A DNA stretch of 60,944 nt, counting the filler, from Dirinaria sp. TL-2023a (Eukaryota): NCBI GenBank assembly GCA_051941275.1. It is 4 parts of 4 records of this genome, joined end to end, with 100 filler letters (N's around TTAATTAATTAA, not from the genome) between each part and the next. Parts side by side here need not be neighbours in the genome. Positions count along the whole stretch, not along the records: positions 1 to 15,176 come from JAVEBF010000560.1; 3 more parts are not named here. One strand, written 5' to 3'. Of this stretch, positions 1 to 11,908 are shown one piece after another. The position numbers were made by a program, and so were the translations under genes. Positions within the stretch are counted from its first letter, which is position 1. The number at the start of each line of letters is the position of its first letter. The notes beneath the pieces are model-generated. The model did not search any database and was not told where the DNA came from. It saw nothing but the letters and a program-made list of their open reading frames with translations.

Positions 1-790
1 TCTCTCTATCGTTAAGTTACTTATTTTCGATATTGGAGGTGGGATGGAGAGGAGTAAAAGGCCAGGGATAAAAGGGGGAGGAAAAGAAGATAAGTAGACA
101 AGTCATTGCATTAGCTTGAATAAGACGTCTCCTTTGTAATAGATACCTAAGGTTCCATGAGAATTTTATATACATGACACTCGAGTGACTAAATAGATTT
201 TCAGCTGGCTCCCTCTGTCCGTTCCTTTAGGTCTATTTCTTCCCTGCGATTGATATAGACATGGTATGAATGAGGTAGGTAGGTATGTCATCTAGGATCT
301 TCCGTATATATATTTTTGAGTAGAAGGCCAGTCTCTTCTGTCTGCATCGGCGGATTGATACCGCTACGCCTCTTTCAAATTTTCTTTTTTGTGGTTGGTG
401 GTTGGTACTTGTAAGTTGAGGGGTTGATTAGTCGTCAAAGCTTCGAATCGTTCTTGTCCGTCGCTGGACGGTAGTTCTGACAATGACAGCGGACAATGGA
501 TCATGTCGTAAGAAGCTTCCTCTCATGGTTCGAAACTTCTACTTTAGTATTTCTTCTTCCCTATTTCGGGCGTCGCTTGTAGGTTTGATGGAATCGTGGC
601 ATTTTCATCATGTCGTCGTTCTCATACCTCCTTGGACAGTACTTCTGACGGCGAATGGGAACTAGAGCCAAGTTGTGAAAAGTTCGTTAAAAGCTCCACC
701 GTCCTTCTCGTCTTGAGCTTTTTGCTCAGCAGAGTGCCCAAACAGTTATATGATTTCTTGCGATGTCTATGCTCGCAAACACCCCTTACT

Positions 791-2786
791 CTAAGTCTTC
801 GAGTCTGACGTCCAAGCTTGGGTGGCCGAGGAAAAGGCTCTAACACGACCAGAGTCTATTTGAGCTTCCTCCAAAACAGCCACGGATCTTGGTCTTTGCG
901 ACGAGAGATGTGGCAAATTGAATGTCTCTCTCGGAGTCTTTTGGCAATTGCTGTCTTCTGTTTCCGGAGCGATGTTTTCAGACAGAGTGGCGAGCACCGA
1001 ATCCAGTTCGAAGTTCGTGCTGTTTTCCAAAGAAATGATTTCCGGATGGACGCTAAGACGGGCCTTGTTCAATCGGCTAAACAGGAGGAGAATGTAATCG
1101 TATGCTGCATCAGCGTTACTGCCACCTTTATAGTCCGGGAAATGGTCCGAGAGCGGGTTTCTGCCAAGGCAGCTCTCGAGCTTTTCGAAGCCGGTGAAGA
1201 AGAGGAAGGTAGTAGCATCTTTGTACGAGCGACAATTGACAACAGCGTCAAATAAGAAAAGAGTCTCCATTAATCTGGTGTATATGGAGCGCCCAGTGCC
1301 GACAAGGTTGAACAAATAAAGGCACTTCATCAGTTTGATGTTGTTAGCACTTGGAGGCAGGATTTGATGATACGAGCACAGGTCGACAACGAAGACGACG
1401 GCATTCATGTCTTTGAAGTAGGGGATCCATTCTTTTGTCTGGCTTTGGAAGTCCCCGCAACAACCTATAAACTGCATGGTAGTATTCTCCATAGTAAGGC
1501 TTGTCTCTTGAATCTTCTCATTCCAGATGTATTCGTATTTGCTGGGGAGGTATAGAATATCAGCTGCGGTTGGAACATAATGTGGATTGGTAATAGCGTG
1601 TATTCGGCTCAAGAAACTGGTCGAATTTAGCTTGAGTCATCTGTTATCAAACAGTACTAATGTGCACTTACTATATAGTAGAATTATCGAGTGAAGGCAA
1701 CGTTTTGCTTTTTCCACGGCTGAGTAAGTGTGAGTGGACTTGAGCCGCGAGATATTCCGTAGCTGCTAGTAGTTCTGGTTCCATCTGCTGTATCGGTAGT
1801 TCTTGCTGAAGTATGAGATTTATGCGGGACTTGTCCTCATCGTCGATGATCCTGAGACCAGCACTTTCACACAATTCTAAAGAATTGCGGACTAGGTCGA
1901 CTAATGCGGACAAGACAGTGAGTCTGTAACAGAGTATCTCAGTGACCCGGTGGCTATTACGGTTTGAGAGTTTGATCTGCTTCATCATTGTCTCTTTGCC
2001 ACCATCACGGGCACCAAGCAACAAGACCCTGCAAGACTTCTTTTGGACAGGCTCCCTAGGACCAGCACTGCGAACGAGCGAACGTATTGCTCTTTGGTAA
2101 ACATGCGAACCAAGCAATTCTGCATCAAACTGAAATTTCATAGACATCTTCGAGGAGTGGCCTGTATCTCTTGTCGGTGTACTTTGAGAAGAGGTCTTAT
2201 CGATGATGACAATCATGGATGACGAGTCATCCTTCACCTGATCGAAGACTTTACGACTTAATGGGTTTTCGAGCAGTGCTTTCTGCTCGAGTGGCGTTTT
2301 ACTACAGCCACATCAGCCGTGCAAGCCAGCGAGTAGCGAAATGCCTCACCAATTGCAAGCCACCAGCAGTAAAGTCAGAGCGCTAGTCTGCCGCTTGATA
2401 TACTTCTGAAAGTCACGGCCAGCCTTGTCAGCGAAGACTACGTGCACTCTGCTCTGCAAATCCAGAGTGTTATGCGCATTGCATTTCAAGGTTGCGAGCT
2501 GATCCTCCATCGATTTGACCAAGATCCTGCAGCACCCAATGGACTCCCCTATGTCCATGACGAGCTGATAGTGGTGTTCCTTGTAGGCCAGTTCTGACGA
2601 CATCCATTCCTCGATCTTGGCCAAAGCAGCTTTGAGAGCGACTAATTGGGTGATCAGATTCATCACCATGAGATCCGCACCCTTCCATCGGTCATGCAGG
2701 TCGCGCAATACCTTGATTGATTTGCAAACGGTATCGATGAGGTTGGCCAGAGCACCGGCTGTACCGAGTACGGTGATGGCGTCCAT
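791..2786 (-). CDS. HeLo-like (fungal N-terminal STAND-associated) domain fused to a degenerate heterotrimeric G-alpha-like domain; 3 exons (2786-2350, 2301-1672, 1616-791)
   Basis: The N-terminus MDAITVLGTAGALANLIDTVCKSIKVLRDLHDRWKGAD is HeLo-like/SesA-type. GT-AG introns 2302-2349 and 1617-1671 join the three ORFs in frame (ACN-C-KTPLEQK; STI-Y-FLSRI). G-alpha-like segments: RVLLLGARDGGKETMMKQIKL, YVPTAADILY, KEWIPYFKDMNAVVFVVDLCSY, PLSDHFPDYKGG. Confidence 0.85.
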
Positions 2787-3044
2787 GACGATCACACCTT
2801 ACCGTCAAATCTAGAGAGCTATTCCTTAGTGTTCAGGTCGCTCTTTCTACGCTGACAGATAGCCAAAGATTGATTGACTCGTGACAATGGTGGAGAGATA
2901 TAAAGTGCCATATTTTCTGCCACCACGATGAGAAATCCTACGTGTCGCGCAACATGCTTGGTTTTGATGCCTGATGGACAGGAAGCACAAGCTAGAAGAT
3001 GTATACTGTAGATCAGAGGTCCTCCGAGTACAGTACGCATTCCG

Positions 3045-3070
3045 CCCTCGCCCTCGCCCTCGCCCTCGCC
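3045..3070. repeat. (CCCTCG)n microsatellite upstream of the G-alpha-like gene
   Basis: About four tandem CCCTCG units are directly visible. Confidence 0.8.
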
Positions 3071-3691
3071 CCCCCCACTCATTTCTCCCCCTCGCCACTC
3101 TGGTGGCCTTCTAGCTTAGGCCGCGGGGCATGTGGGGGCGAAGGGCGGAGTTTAATGCCTTAAAGCCATTATTGTCGACCCAATTAGCTTCAATCAGAAC
3201 AGGTGATGAAGCCTGTGCTAATTATACCGAAGATGCACGCGATAGATATGAATAACAGCACCGGAGACACGATCGACCTTATATGCTTCCCTGGATTATC
3301 TCTTCCATCATACCTCCGTAATGTACCTTGAAGAAGCGAGAAGGGCACTTCTTACAGATGAAACAATCTCGAGCTAAGCCTAATCAGGCCTGCCTCATAT
3401 GAGCAGGACAAATAGCTCATGCCAGGGAACAAGAATGAGACCGTGATATTGATTATATATTCGTAATACAGTATACTATCAAGCTAGCGATAAGGGGTAT
3501 ATCCGACGGTGAAAAATCGGGCTCCAAGATCCAACCCGAGACCGGTATCCCGCCCGAACTCATGAGCCCCTACGCTTTTTTTTTTTCTCTATCTCATGTA
3601 CGCGTGATCGACGTTGTTGCTTACCTCGTAGACGGTGAGAGCCTCCCAACAGATATTTCGCCGCCTGCCAGTTCGAACGTTCAAAAGCCCC

Positions 3692-6080
3692 TCAGGATTG
3701 TACAACAACCCCAGCTCGCCCAGGGTCCTCGCCCTCTTCAACATACCAACCCATGACGAGTCTGAAGAGATCCTTCAACCACACATACTGCCCTCCACTC
3801 ACCATCCACCGCACGCTCCTGCTCACGTCTCGGGCAGTCGCCCTCCTGACCGCACCAGCGTGCCGGAAGCCCGGGTCCGAGCCCACAAGCTTCTTGTACT
3901 GATCCAGCAGCTGCAGCTGCCAAGGCGCGGTCCCAAAGCTATTCGAGGGCATCGATTTGACAAAGGCAGCCAAGGACATCGAAGAATTGCGCTGGTAGCC
4001 GGTTATCAACGCCGCTTTGACGATGAGGAGCTTGAGGCAAGTCAGGTGCGGATCTTCGCTTGGACCGTCGGTGGCGTTCATGATTGTGGAGTTGGAGGAA
4101 GTAGTGCGTTCGGATGGCGGCGAGTGCGAGTAGCCAGATAGCGAGCCTGAGCTTGTAGAGGAAGACCATTGCTGACGCTGGCTATGGTGGGGTTGCTGCA
4201 GCCGTGACTGCTGCTCCGGTCCTAAGACCAAAATATTAGGTACGGGGGCTTCGTCGGGAGAAACCTGCTGGGTGTCTTCGAAGACGGTAGTCGGTGTTTC
4301 GGGGTTCAAACGGCCGAAGTCTTCGTCTTCGCTATCATAAACGTATTGAGCTGGAGGGGTCTGAAAGCTTTGTTTGGTTTGGTTGAAGGCTTGAGTGAAG
4401 GTTGTTTGGCTGGGCCGGGGAGTGCCACGATCAGGGCGGACTTGTGTCCAGCCTTCACGGAAAAGGTCGCAAAGTTCCCAGCATGCTTGGACGGCGGAGC
4501 CGAGAAGCTCCTCGTCTGCAGGCTTGCCTTCACGCCGGTTTTGACGCAGTGAGAAAAGCATTTCTGCGAGCGACCAGCAGGCGCGGAGAAGCGAGTCGGT
4601 TTCCTCGGCTAAGCGGGTGCGCTGTTTCATGAGACGATGGCATAATGTGATGTAGAAATCGAGCGTCCGTTCTCGGAAGGCTTCAGGAAGGGTCCGGTCA
4701 TGGGTGTTGTAGAGATGATTGTTGAGCTCAAAGCTGACTCGTAGCACGGAATCAGCTACCTCGTTCTCCCTTTGCCGTACTTCAAACAACGACTGGCAGA
4801 AATCTCGACAAAGGTTCAGAGTCGGCTGAACTTGGCTCGCGGAGTCCTCGTCTCTCGTTTCGTACAGCTTCTGACACAACTTCCAACACGATTTCCAAGC
4901 CTGTTGCTGTACGTCTCCTTTCCCGGCAAAATTGAAGATTCTTTCCCGGTGGATATAGCTCAGGCCGGCAAGAGTGTTACATAGCGTCCAACATTCGCTC
5001 AAAGCTACCTTCAGCGCTGCGACCTCATCGGCTGTTTCTTGGAACCGCCCAATTGTCTCGTCAAAAAGTGTAGTTTGTTGAAGTGCAGATTGCTCGTCAC
5101 CCTGCTCTGTGTCCTGAGCTTCTGGAATATCTGAGTCACGTCGAATATCAGCTTGAACCCAGAAATTAGGGAATAATTCGTCTGCAAAGTACCTTCTAGA
5201 TTTGTGAGGCGCTGCTGGCTTCGACTTCTTTCCCCCGTTTCTGTTTCTACTTCTGGTCTAGTCTGGGCTCTAGGTGTTGTTGACCAGTCCCTCACAGGCG
5301 CCACAGCCGTCGTTATAGGTGAAGGCAGTACAGGACTCTTTGTTGCTGGCTATTGGACTTGTCAGCAGTTGAGCCTTAATCTGCTAGCGGGCAAATATGT
5401 ACCCTATCCACAGTAATCTCTTTGGGTAGTTCAGGCGATGTAATTGTGGCGTCTGACAATTGGGACGGTGTTGGAGTTGAGCGTCGTATCGAGGGTGGAG
5501 ATTGCCGAGCGTGCTATTTGCTTTTAGCTAGTAGCTCAAGGCGAACGTGACGGGAGGCTTACAAAGGACTCGAAGCCTCTTGGTGCATGTATGACAGAAT
5601 TGGGCTGTTCATCTTCGTCGGACCGCGATTGCAACGCGTTACGTGCTGCCTCTTTTGTCTCGAGCTGAATGGAGCAGTCAGCTTCTTCGTGCCTCCGTCC
5701 ACACAGGGTTCCTGTGTACCTTAAGCTCCGGCTCGGCGGGCTTCCCGGCGGATATAGAGTCTCTCCTCTCCGGCTCTTGTGTCTCGATAGCCGTATCCTC
5801 AATGTCAGTGCCATCGGTGCCAGTGGACGAAGGTGCGATAGGTGAAGGGTCCGGTATGTCACTGGAGGTTGATGCTACTGGAGAAGCTTGGGTCGGCAGA
5901 AGAAATTGAGCAGTAGGATCAGAAGATCTGGAGAATTTAAGCATTTCATGAGACTTGGTAGCAATGAATTGACTTCACGTACCGATTCGAGGTTACTGGG
6001 GATCGAAAAGGTCGAGGGGAAGTCGGAGAGTCAGTGTACGGTGAGAAGGCTGACATGAGGTTCGTGTTTGGTGAAGGCAT
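3692..6080 (-). CDS. Conserved-looking fungal protein of unknown function, multi-exon, with a Cys/Trp-rich helical C-terminal region
   Basis: Long terminal ORF 3692-5002 (ECWTLCNTLAGL, ACWSLAEMLF, ACWELCDLF helical repeats). ATG at 6080 (MPSPNTNLMSAFSPY) splices via GTACGT...TCTCCAG into the 5678-5944 frame. Internal exons not fully resolved. Confidence 0.7.
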
Positions 6081-7330
6081 TAAAGGCGACTTCAAGGCCA
6101 TCATCATAACCAAGCAGGCAGTGAAAGTGGCTCTCGAAAATTGAAGTTGCTACACGAGCGACGAGGTTAGGCTGGCGGAGAGCGCGACGGTGAAGGAGTC
6201 GAGGCTATAGACAGCTGCGGGGCATCATGGCAGGTTCTTTTTCTCCGCAGGATCGAGCTGAGGGTGCTAGTGCTGCAAGTAATGGTACAAAGTACTTTGG
6301 CTTGCGATAGTCCAATGTGTGAGTCTCGTGGCTCGCACTCGATTAGCTACTTTGCGCGCGGAAAGCCTTCAAGATGCAGGCTGGTCGAAAGGGATGTTTA
6401 CTGTGCCGCAGGAGGACGGGTTCAGAACGAATCGAATGCACGACGCCAACACGCGCATCCATGACTCTTCATGCACGAGGGAACAGGCTGCAGCTCGTTC
6501 CCCAATTCCAATTCCCCACTGTTCGGTGTCCAAATCCTTCGATTTATAAAATTTTCCTCTTACGGCTATCAAGCTCGAAACACCTGCCTTTAGTCCCACC
6601 GACAACGGTGTGCATCTTACGCAACAGTAACCGTCGTGCAAACCCCAGCCGTGTCGCTCTATTGGAGGCCATATCGAGAACCTGAGGAGCCGTTGATAGG
6701 CCGAGGACCATCCTAAGCGCCCACAGCGGGAAGCCTAGGTCTGGATGTGGTTTAAGGCTGGCGTTCGCATTTGGAACTTGTATGTAACCTGATCGTTCGA
6801 TGCGATGGCGCTGCCAATGGCAGAGAGGGGACAGGTGTTGGACGGTCGACTTGTCCATGTGCCTTGCCTGCTATAAGTTGGTGCGCGACCTGCTGGTGGG
6901 AAGGATCATCTAGACGGAAGGCGGCCGGCGAGCGATGGGATCCGAATCCATGGCTGTGGAAAACCATCCCGTTCGCCTGCCGCAAAGGGGAAATGGATCT
7001 TGTGATTGGTGTTGGAGGAATTGGAGAGCCCGTGGGGTTCACACCAAGATGCTCCGGGCTTTGAAGCATGTGAAACTGTGAAAAATTTATGAACTAAAAT
7101 ACCTTAGAGACGCACATTTTGAGTCATGCTATCTATTGCCTTCTCTATGAGTCTCCTCCCCTGCTGCACGGTCATCAAAGGCACCAACTCTCCTTCCAAC
7201 AGCAATCGATCCTCCGCCAGCTTCGTTGAATACTTTGCGGCCTTCACCAGTGACTAGACTCCAGACAAAGTTGTAGGTCATAGTTTTCTGAACGTCTTCC
7301 AACGCGATAGGCGGCGTGAGGCTAGTCCCT

Positions 7331-8277
7331 CTACCTATCCTTCTTAGGCGTCCCATCCGCATTCGGAGCGCTGTATTGATCCCCTAGTTTGTTGTACTCG
7401 CGACCTAAACCCTCGCTCTGCTTCTTGAGCGTCTCAAGGTCACGGTCTTTCTGAGCCAGTTGATTTTTGAGGCTTGCAATCTCTCCAGCACCGCCTGCTT
7501 GGGCAAGCTTCTCGGATTGCTTGCCTGAAGCTTTGGGGTCGCCCTCGTAGCGCTTGACTTTCTCTTCAAGGCGAAGAGTGTCAAGAATCATGGTATAGGT
7601 TCGGTTGAGGATCAAAGACAGGAAGAGGGTGAAGCCGCAGAGGTACATGTTGCGTTGAGAATAGAATTTTCGTGCTTGCACTTCCATCCGTTCTGAGCCA
7701 CCCATGACTGCTGCTCTGTGAATGGATTAGCATGCTTCGGCCAGAGGCATTGTAGGCCATTGATACGTACTGTTGGCCGCTCTGTTTGGTCGCGGCCAGC
7801 TCGACTTGGACACGATAGACGCGGTTGACGCTGTCAATGAAGAGGATAAGGATGAAGATGAACGTTATCTGTTTCCGTCAGCGATCTGATGCTCTGTAGA
7901 TGGAGATGTCGAACCTTCATCGCATATTGTAGTTTCGCTACTAAAGGACTCTCGGAGATGAAGGTGAAGAGCGCTCGCTTCCAAGTGTATGGAAGGGGAA
8001 CGATAAGCAGCATAAAGATTGCCATCTCGGCAACGAGCAGAGCAAACACCTGTTCAGCGGGTCTACAGTCAGCACGTAAGCTTGCAATGGGAGCATTGTT
8101 GAGGGGATGGATGAACCGGAGAGTAGATGAGAGACGGCATTGTTGCTGAACGCTGGTCAAGGGCTGAGGGACTGGAACGATCGAACAGCGTTCCACGATC
8201 CAAGGTAGGAAAGTTTACTTTGATAGCTTTAGTGAAGTGAACTCAAGCAAACTTACGAGGCTGTAGTAAAGAGTCAT
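7331..8277 (-). CDS. BAP31: BAP31/BAP29 (Yet-type) ER membrane protein, multi-exon
   Basis: Spliced MTLYYSL|VFALLVAEMAIFMLLIVPLP...ARKFYSQRNMYLCGFTLFLSLILNR, then a coiled coil (DLETLKKQSEGLGREY) and a C-terminal KKDR dilysine ER-retrieval motif. First intron 8050-8256. Confidence 0.93.
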
Positions 8278-8964
8278 GTTGGCAGGTTTTCAGGAACGGG
8301 AAGAGCGGAGGGTGTGACGTGGGTGTCAAGGCAGACGATCAGCAGACTACTATCGAGAAGACCTAGCGAAAGTGCACTTTCGGGCTTGAAGAACGAAGAC
8401 AATTGCAATTTGTAAATAGGTAAGTTCACAATGGCGATCATGCAATCGCAGATGTTGTTCGCGGTAAGAACGAAGAAGTGTGTTTCTGGCAGGCAGCGAC
8501 AGAGAATTCAAGGTGTCGGGGGATTTGCAACGTCATCCGTGCGCTCACTCCAGCCTTGGAATTTTCGGTGCTGAAAACAAGGCTGTGACTTCCATATTAT
8601 TCCATCGTGACTGCCGCAACTTTCGACCTCATGCTTCACGGAATGAATACTAGGTGGCTCTGTGACACCCATCTACCACCAACCTTTATGTGAATAAAAA
8701 GTTCAGCGCTGAATGTATTATGTAAGGTAGGTGGTGTCCATCGCCCTGCGGGTCATGCATTGCAACCAAGTGCACCTTGCACGTCGACTACAAATCGTCA
8801 CAGCCAACAAGCAATTGGTATGCTCGCATGCTAAAGAGTGTCTGAAGCATTCCAAAGGAGCTCATTGAGAGCTCTAACTGTAATGGACAGTATATGCGAA
8901 GCTATGTAAATTAAGAGGAGTAGATCGATCAGCCTTGAACCAGTCAACGAAGCAACAAAGCCTT

Positions 8965-10815
8965 TCAAGGTCCGTCATCACTGTATGTTCCGATGCGTGA
9001 GGAGTCATTAGCGGCGAGCAACAGTTCCGGGTCGATTTGAAGATTACTGTAGTCGAATTGCGGTGGCATCGATGCGGCTCCATGGTTCAAGCTAGGGGCT
9101 AATGAGGCTGCCGGCATCGGCGGTAGAGGAAACGCTGAAGTCGGTGGTGTAAAGGATGCTGATGTGGGCGGTGGAGCAATGGCTTCTGAACTCGCCGCCA
9201 GTGCTCGACTTGCAAGTTTCGTGGCTCCCTTGCTGTTGGTTATGGGGCTAGTTGCAATCTGCTTCGTGATGGACAACCCTTTCCTTGTTTTCTCGTCTCG
9301 ATACCGCTTCATGACATCGCGGCAAAGCAGTTCCATGGCTTTGGCTCTCAGATTGAGATCTGTCTCTGCGGTACCGGGTGCCATCAGCTGCGCGAGATGG
9401 GGCGAAACTGATAGCCATTGTTCTTTGAGCTCGTTCCAATGTTCGGCCCCTGCCTCGAATTTGTTGGTAAAGCTATCGGCACGCAGAATGTTTTCAAATG
9501 ATTTCCTCAGTTGACGTGCTTGTTCCGGGTTGATCTGTAGAATATTCTTACAGTCCTGGATGGTGAGCCTGTTCTCGTGAGTGCGCATACGTTTAGTGAC
9601 ATCGTTGGCGATAACTTCTATGGCTAGCGTGTGATCTTTGTGATCGGTTACATGAGGATCGTGGAAGACGGGACGAAGATGATGATTTTCGTCAGTCATT
9701 CGGTCGAGCATATGCTTCCACTTCTCAGCTCCTGCTTCGACCTTCCTACGCACTCCTTCCTCTCTGCATATCTGTTCGCAATGTTTACGTATCTCGACAT
9801 AGGCATCATGCGTGATACCCAACATTCGCTTAGCCTCGTCAATGGTAGTCTCGGAAGGGAAGCGGGGAGGACCGGGTGGGTCAGCTGGCAGTCCTGCCCA
9901 AGGTCGCGTACGGCGACGACGAGTCTTGTTGTGGTAACGCTCGTCGCTCTCAGCATGAAGGGCTTCACGGCGCCTTTGCCGCTGCTCTGCAACCTCGGGC
10001 GGGAGAAGTTGAGGAGGGTCAGGTTCAGGTTCAGGTTCAATTAGACTCTGATCATACTCCTGCTCATCAACGGTAGCAGTGCTCTCCACCCGATCAGCAA
10101 GTGGTTCGACTTCGGATCGCTTTCGTTTGGCTGGTACGGTACGGTCTTTGGAGCTCGCCGCCCGCATGATCATCCCGTGCTTTTTCCTTACTCGTGCGAG
10201 TTCCTTGTCTCCTAGATTATGGCCTTCACCCTGAAGGATCTCAAGCATCTCTGCTTGCGTGGCGTTCCGTTCCCAAAGCTCGCTAATTCTGGCGATCAAC
10301 TGCTGGTTTTTGAACGCGGCGCTCTGTTTGCTTGGGAAGTTCCAGCGCTTGAATTGGGTCTGAAATGCTCTTTTACTGTAGCAGCTATCAGTCAGAATTT
10401 TATGGAGTGACCTTTCTCCTTTTTCGATAGCATCGAATTCAGATAATAAACTTTTACGCAAGTTCTTCTCGGGCCCTTGAACGTGCTACGCCGGGCACGA
10501 CTGTAAGCGCTGGAACAGAAGGATAGCGACAGAGCTTCTCAGCCCCATGATAATGTTACGATAGTAAGAAGATGTCCAATACTAGTCCTCAGATGCTTGC
10601 ATCTCTCTAGATAAAGTGGAAGGGACTGGATAAGTGTGCCATGAAATAGAAATCGTAACGACGGAGTCGTACAAAGTCCAGGAAACCTCTACTGACCTAG
10701 GTTCAAAATTCCATTTCTCTTTGAAATACTTCATGACCTGCTCAATGGTCTGCCTCTCTATGACGTATTTCTGAAAAGCGACATAGCGCTTCTCGTCCGA
10801 CCAATCGTACACCAT
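8965..10815 (-). CDS. Clr5-domain protein
   Basis: MVYDWSDEKRYVAFQKYVIERQTIEQVMKYFKEKWNFEP|SKRAFQTQFKRWNFPSK is a Clr5-type N-terminus. Intron 10376-10696 joins it to the 498-aa ORF, which contains the RRRRTRPWAGLPADPPGPPRFPSETT motif. Confidence 0.85.
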
Positions 10816-11908
10816 CTTGGGGGAGAGGCAGCAGCGCAGAGCTGAACGCGATCGCTCATTCAAGACAGGCGGAACAGCTGTTCAATGCACACTTTCCTCG
10901 TCCTCGACTTCGAATTGGCCCTTCGCTTGATACCTTAGGGCTTCCCAAGCTTGGCGAGGCATGACCTTCTCTAGTCGAGTACGGAGAGGCAGATGTGTAG
11001 AAGTGAAAAAGAAGTTCGAATGGTGGCATTTTTGGCAGGCAGAAGCTTTGACGCCGAAGACTTTGCCGATGTTTAGCCAAGAACCCAGTCAATCGTGTCT
11101 GTTTCTGTTGAGGATGATGTTGTATTACTCAGCCCGGGTTTTCCCGCAGTACTGTACTATCAAAAATGGTCAAAATGGTGATAGTGGGATGCATTATTGT
11201 TGAGGAGGCGAAGGAGAGAGGGAAATTCAATAGACTTGAATGTCTACACCGCATCATGTGATCACGATATCATGCTGAGTAGTTTGCCCAGAGCAGTCCC
11301 AAAATTACTTAGATCTTGATTATGTCTTTCGGTTCTTATCATTCTGGATTCGTATGGTCACATAGTGTGAAAGCTGCAAAAGCGGGCATGAGTAAAGATG
11401 CGGAAAATCCATCTGTCGCAGCTACAGTGTGATTGTGGACGCTTGAGAGAACTGAAATTACGAAGTGAGACAATTATGTATTGATAGTCAAGGATCTTCT
11501 TTCATCGGACTTCACAGCTCCCGTCCTCTGGGCAAACCGTGCAGCAGTGTTCCATAATGAAGCATTTATGTTCAGCGAATCCATTAAACACATCCGTCGT
11601 ACTTCGGCCATTTGCTGGATGCATCTATACACAAATTATTGAGGAAAGACTTGTCGCGGGCTTCCTCAGATGCAACCGAGCTGGGCCAGATGCCTATGTG
11701 CCCATGGCGAATTCCCTCCCTACCCAAATAACAGACCCTAACTCCTGATGGTATCATTGCCCTTGAAACCCAGAAAGACCACAACACCATTGCTAAATGA
11801 AATGTGTGAATGCGTGTCATGGTGATGGTAATGTCGTAGTAAGTATGATGTCTTTGTGCCAGCAAGTTTTGATCCCCTGCAAAGAACCATAGCACCCTGC
11901 TGTATCCC

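Noticed and set aside
6264..7069. Overlapping short ORFs on both strands between the unknown gene and BAP31
   Set aside because: No motifs or consistent splice structure; probably promoter or UTR sequence.
8148..8194. 8-bp inverted repeat in BAP31 intron 1 as a structured RNA or snoRNA
   Set aside because: The stem is short and I found no convincing C/D or H/ACA boxes.
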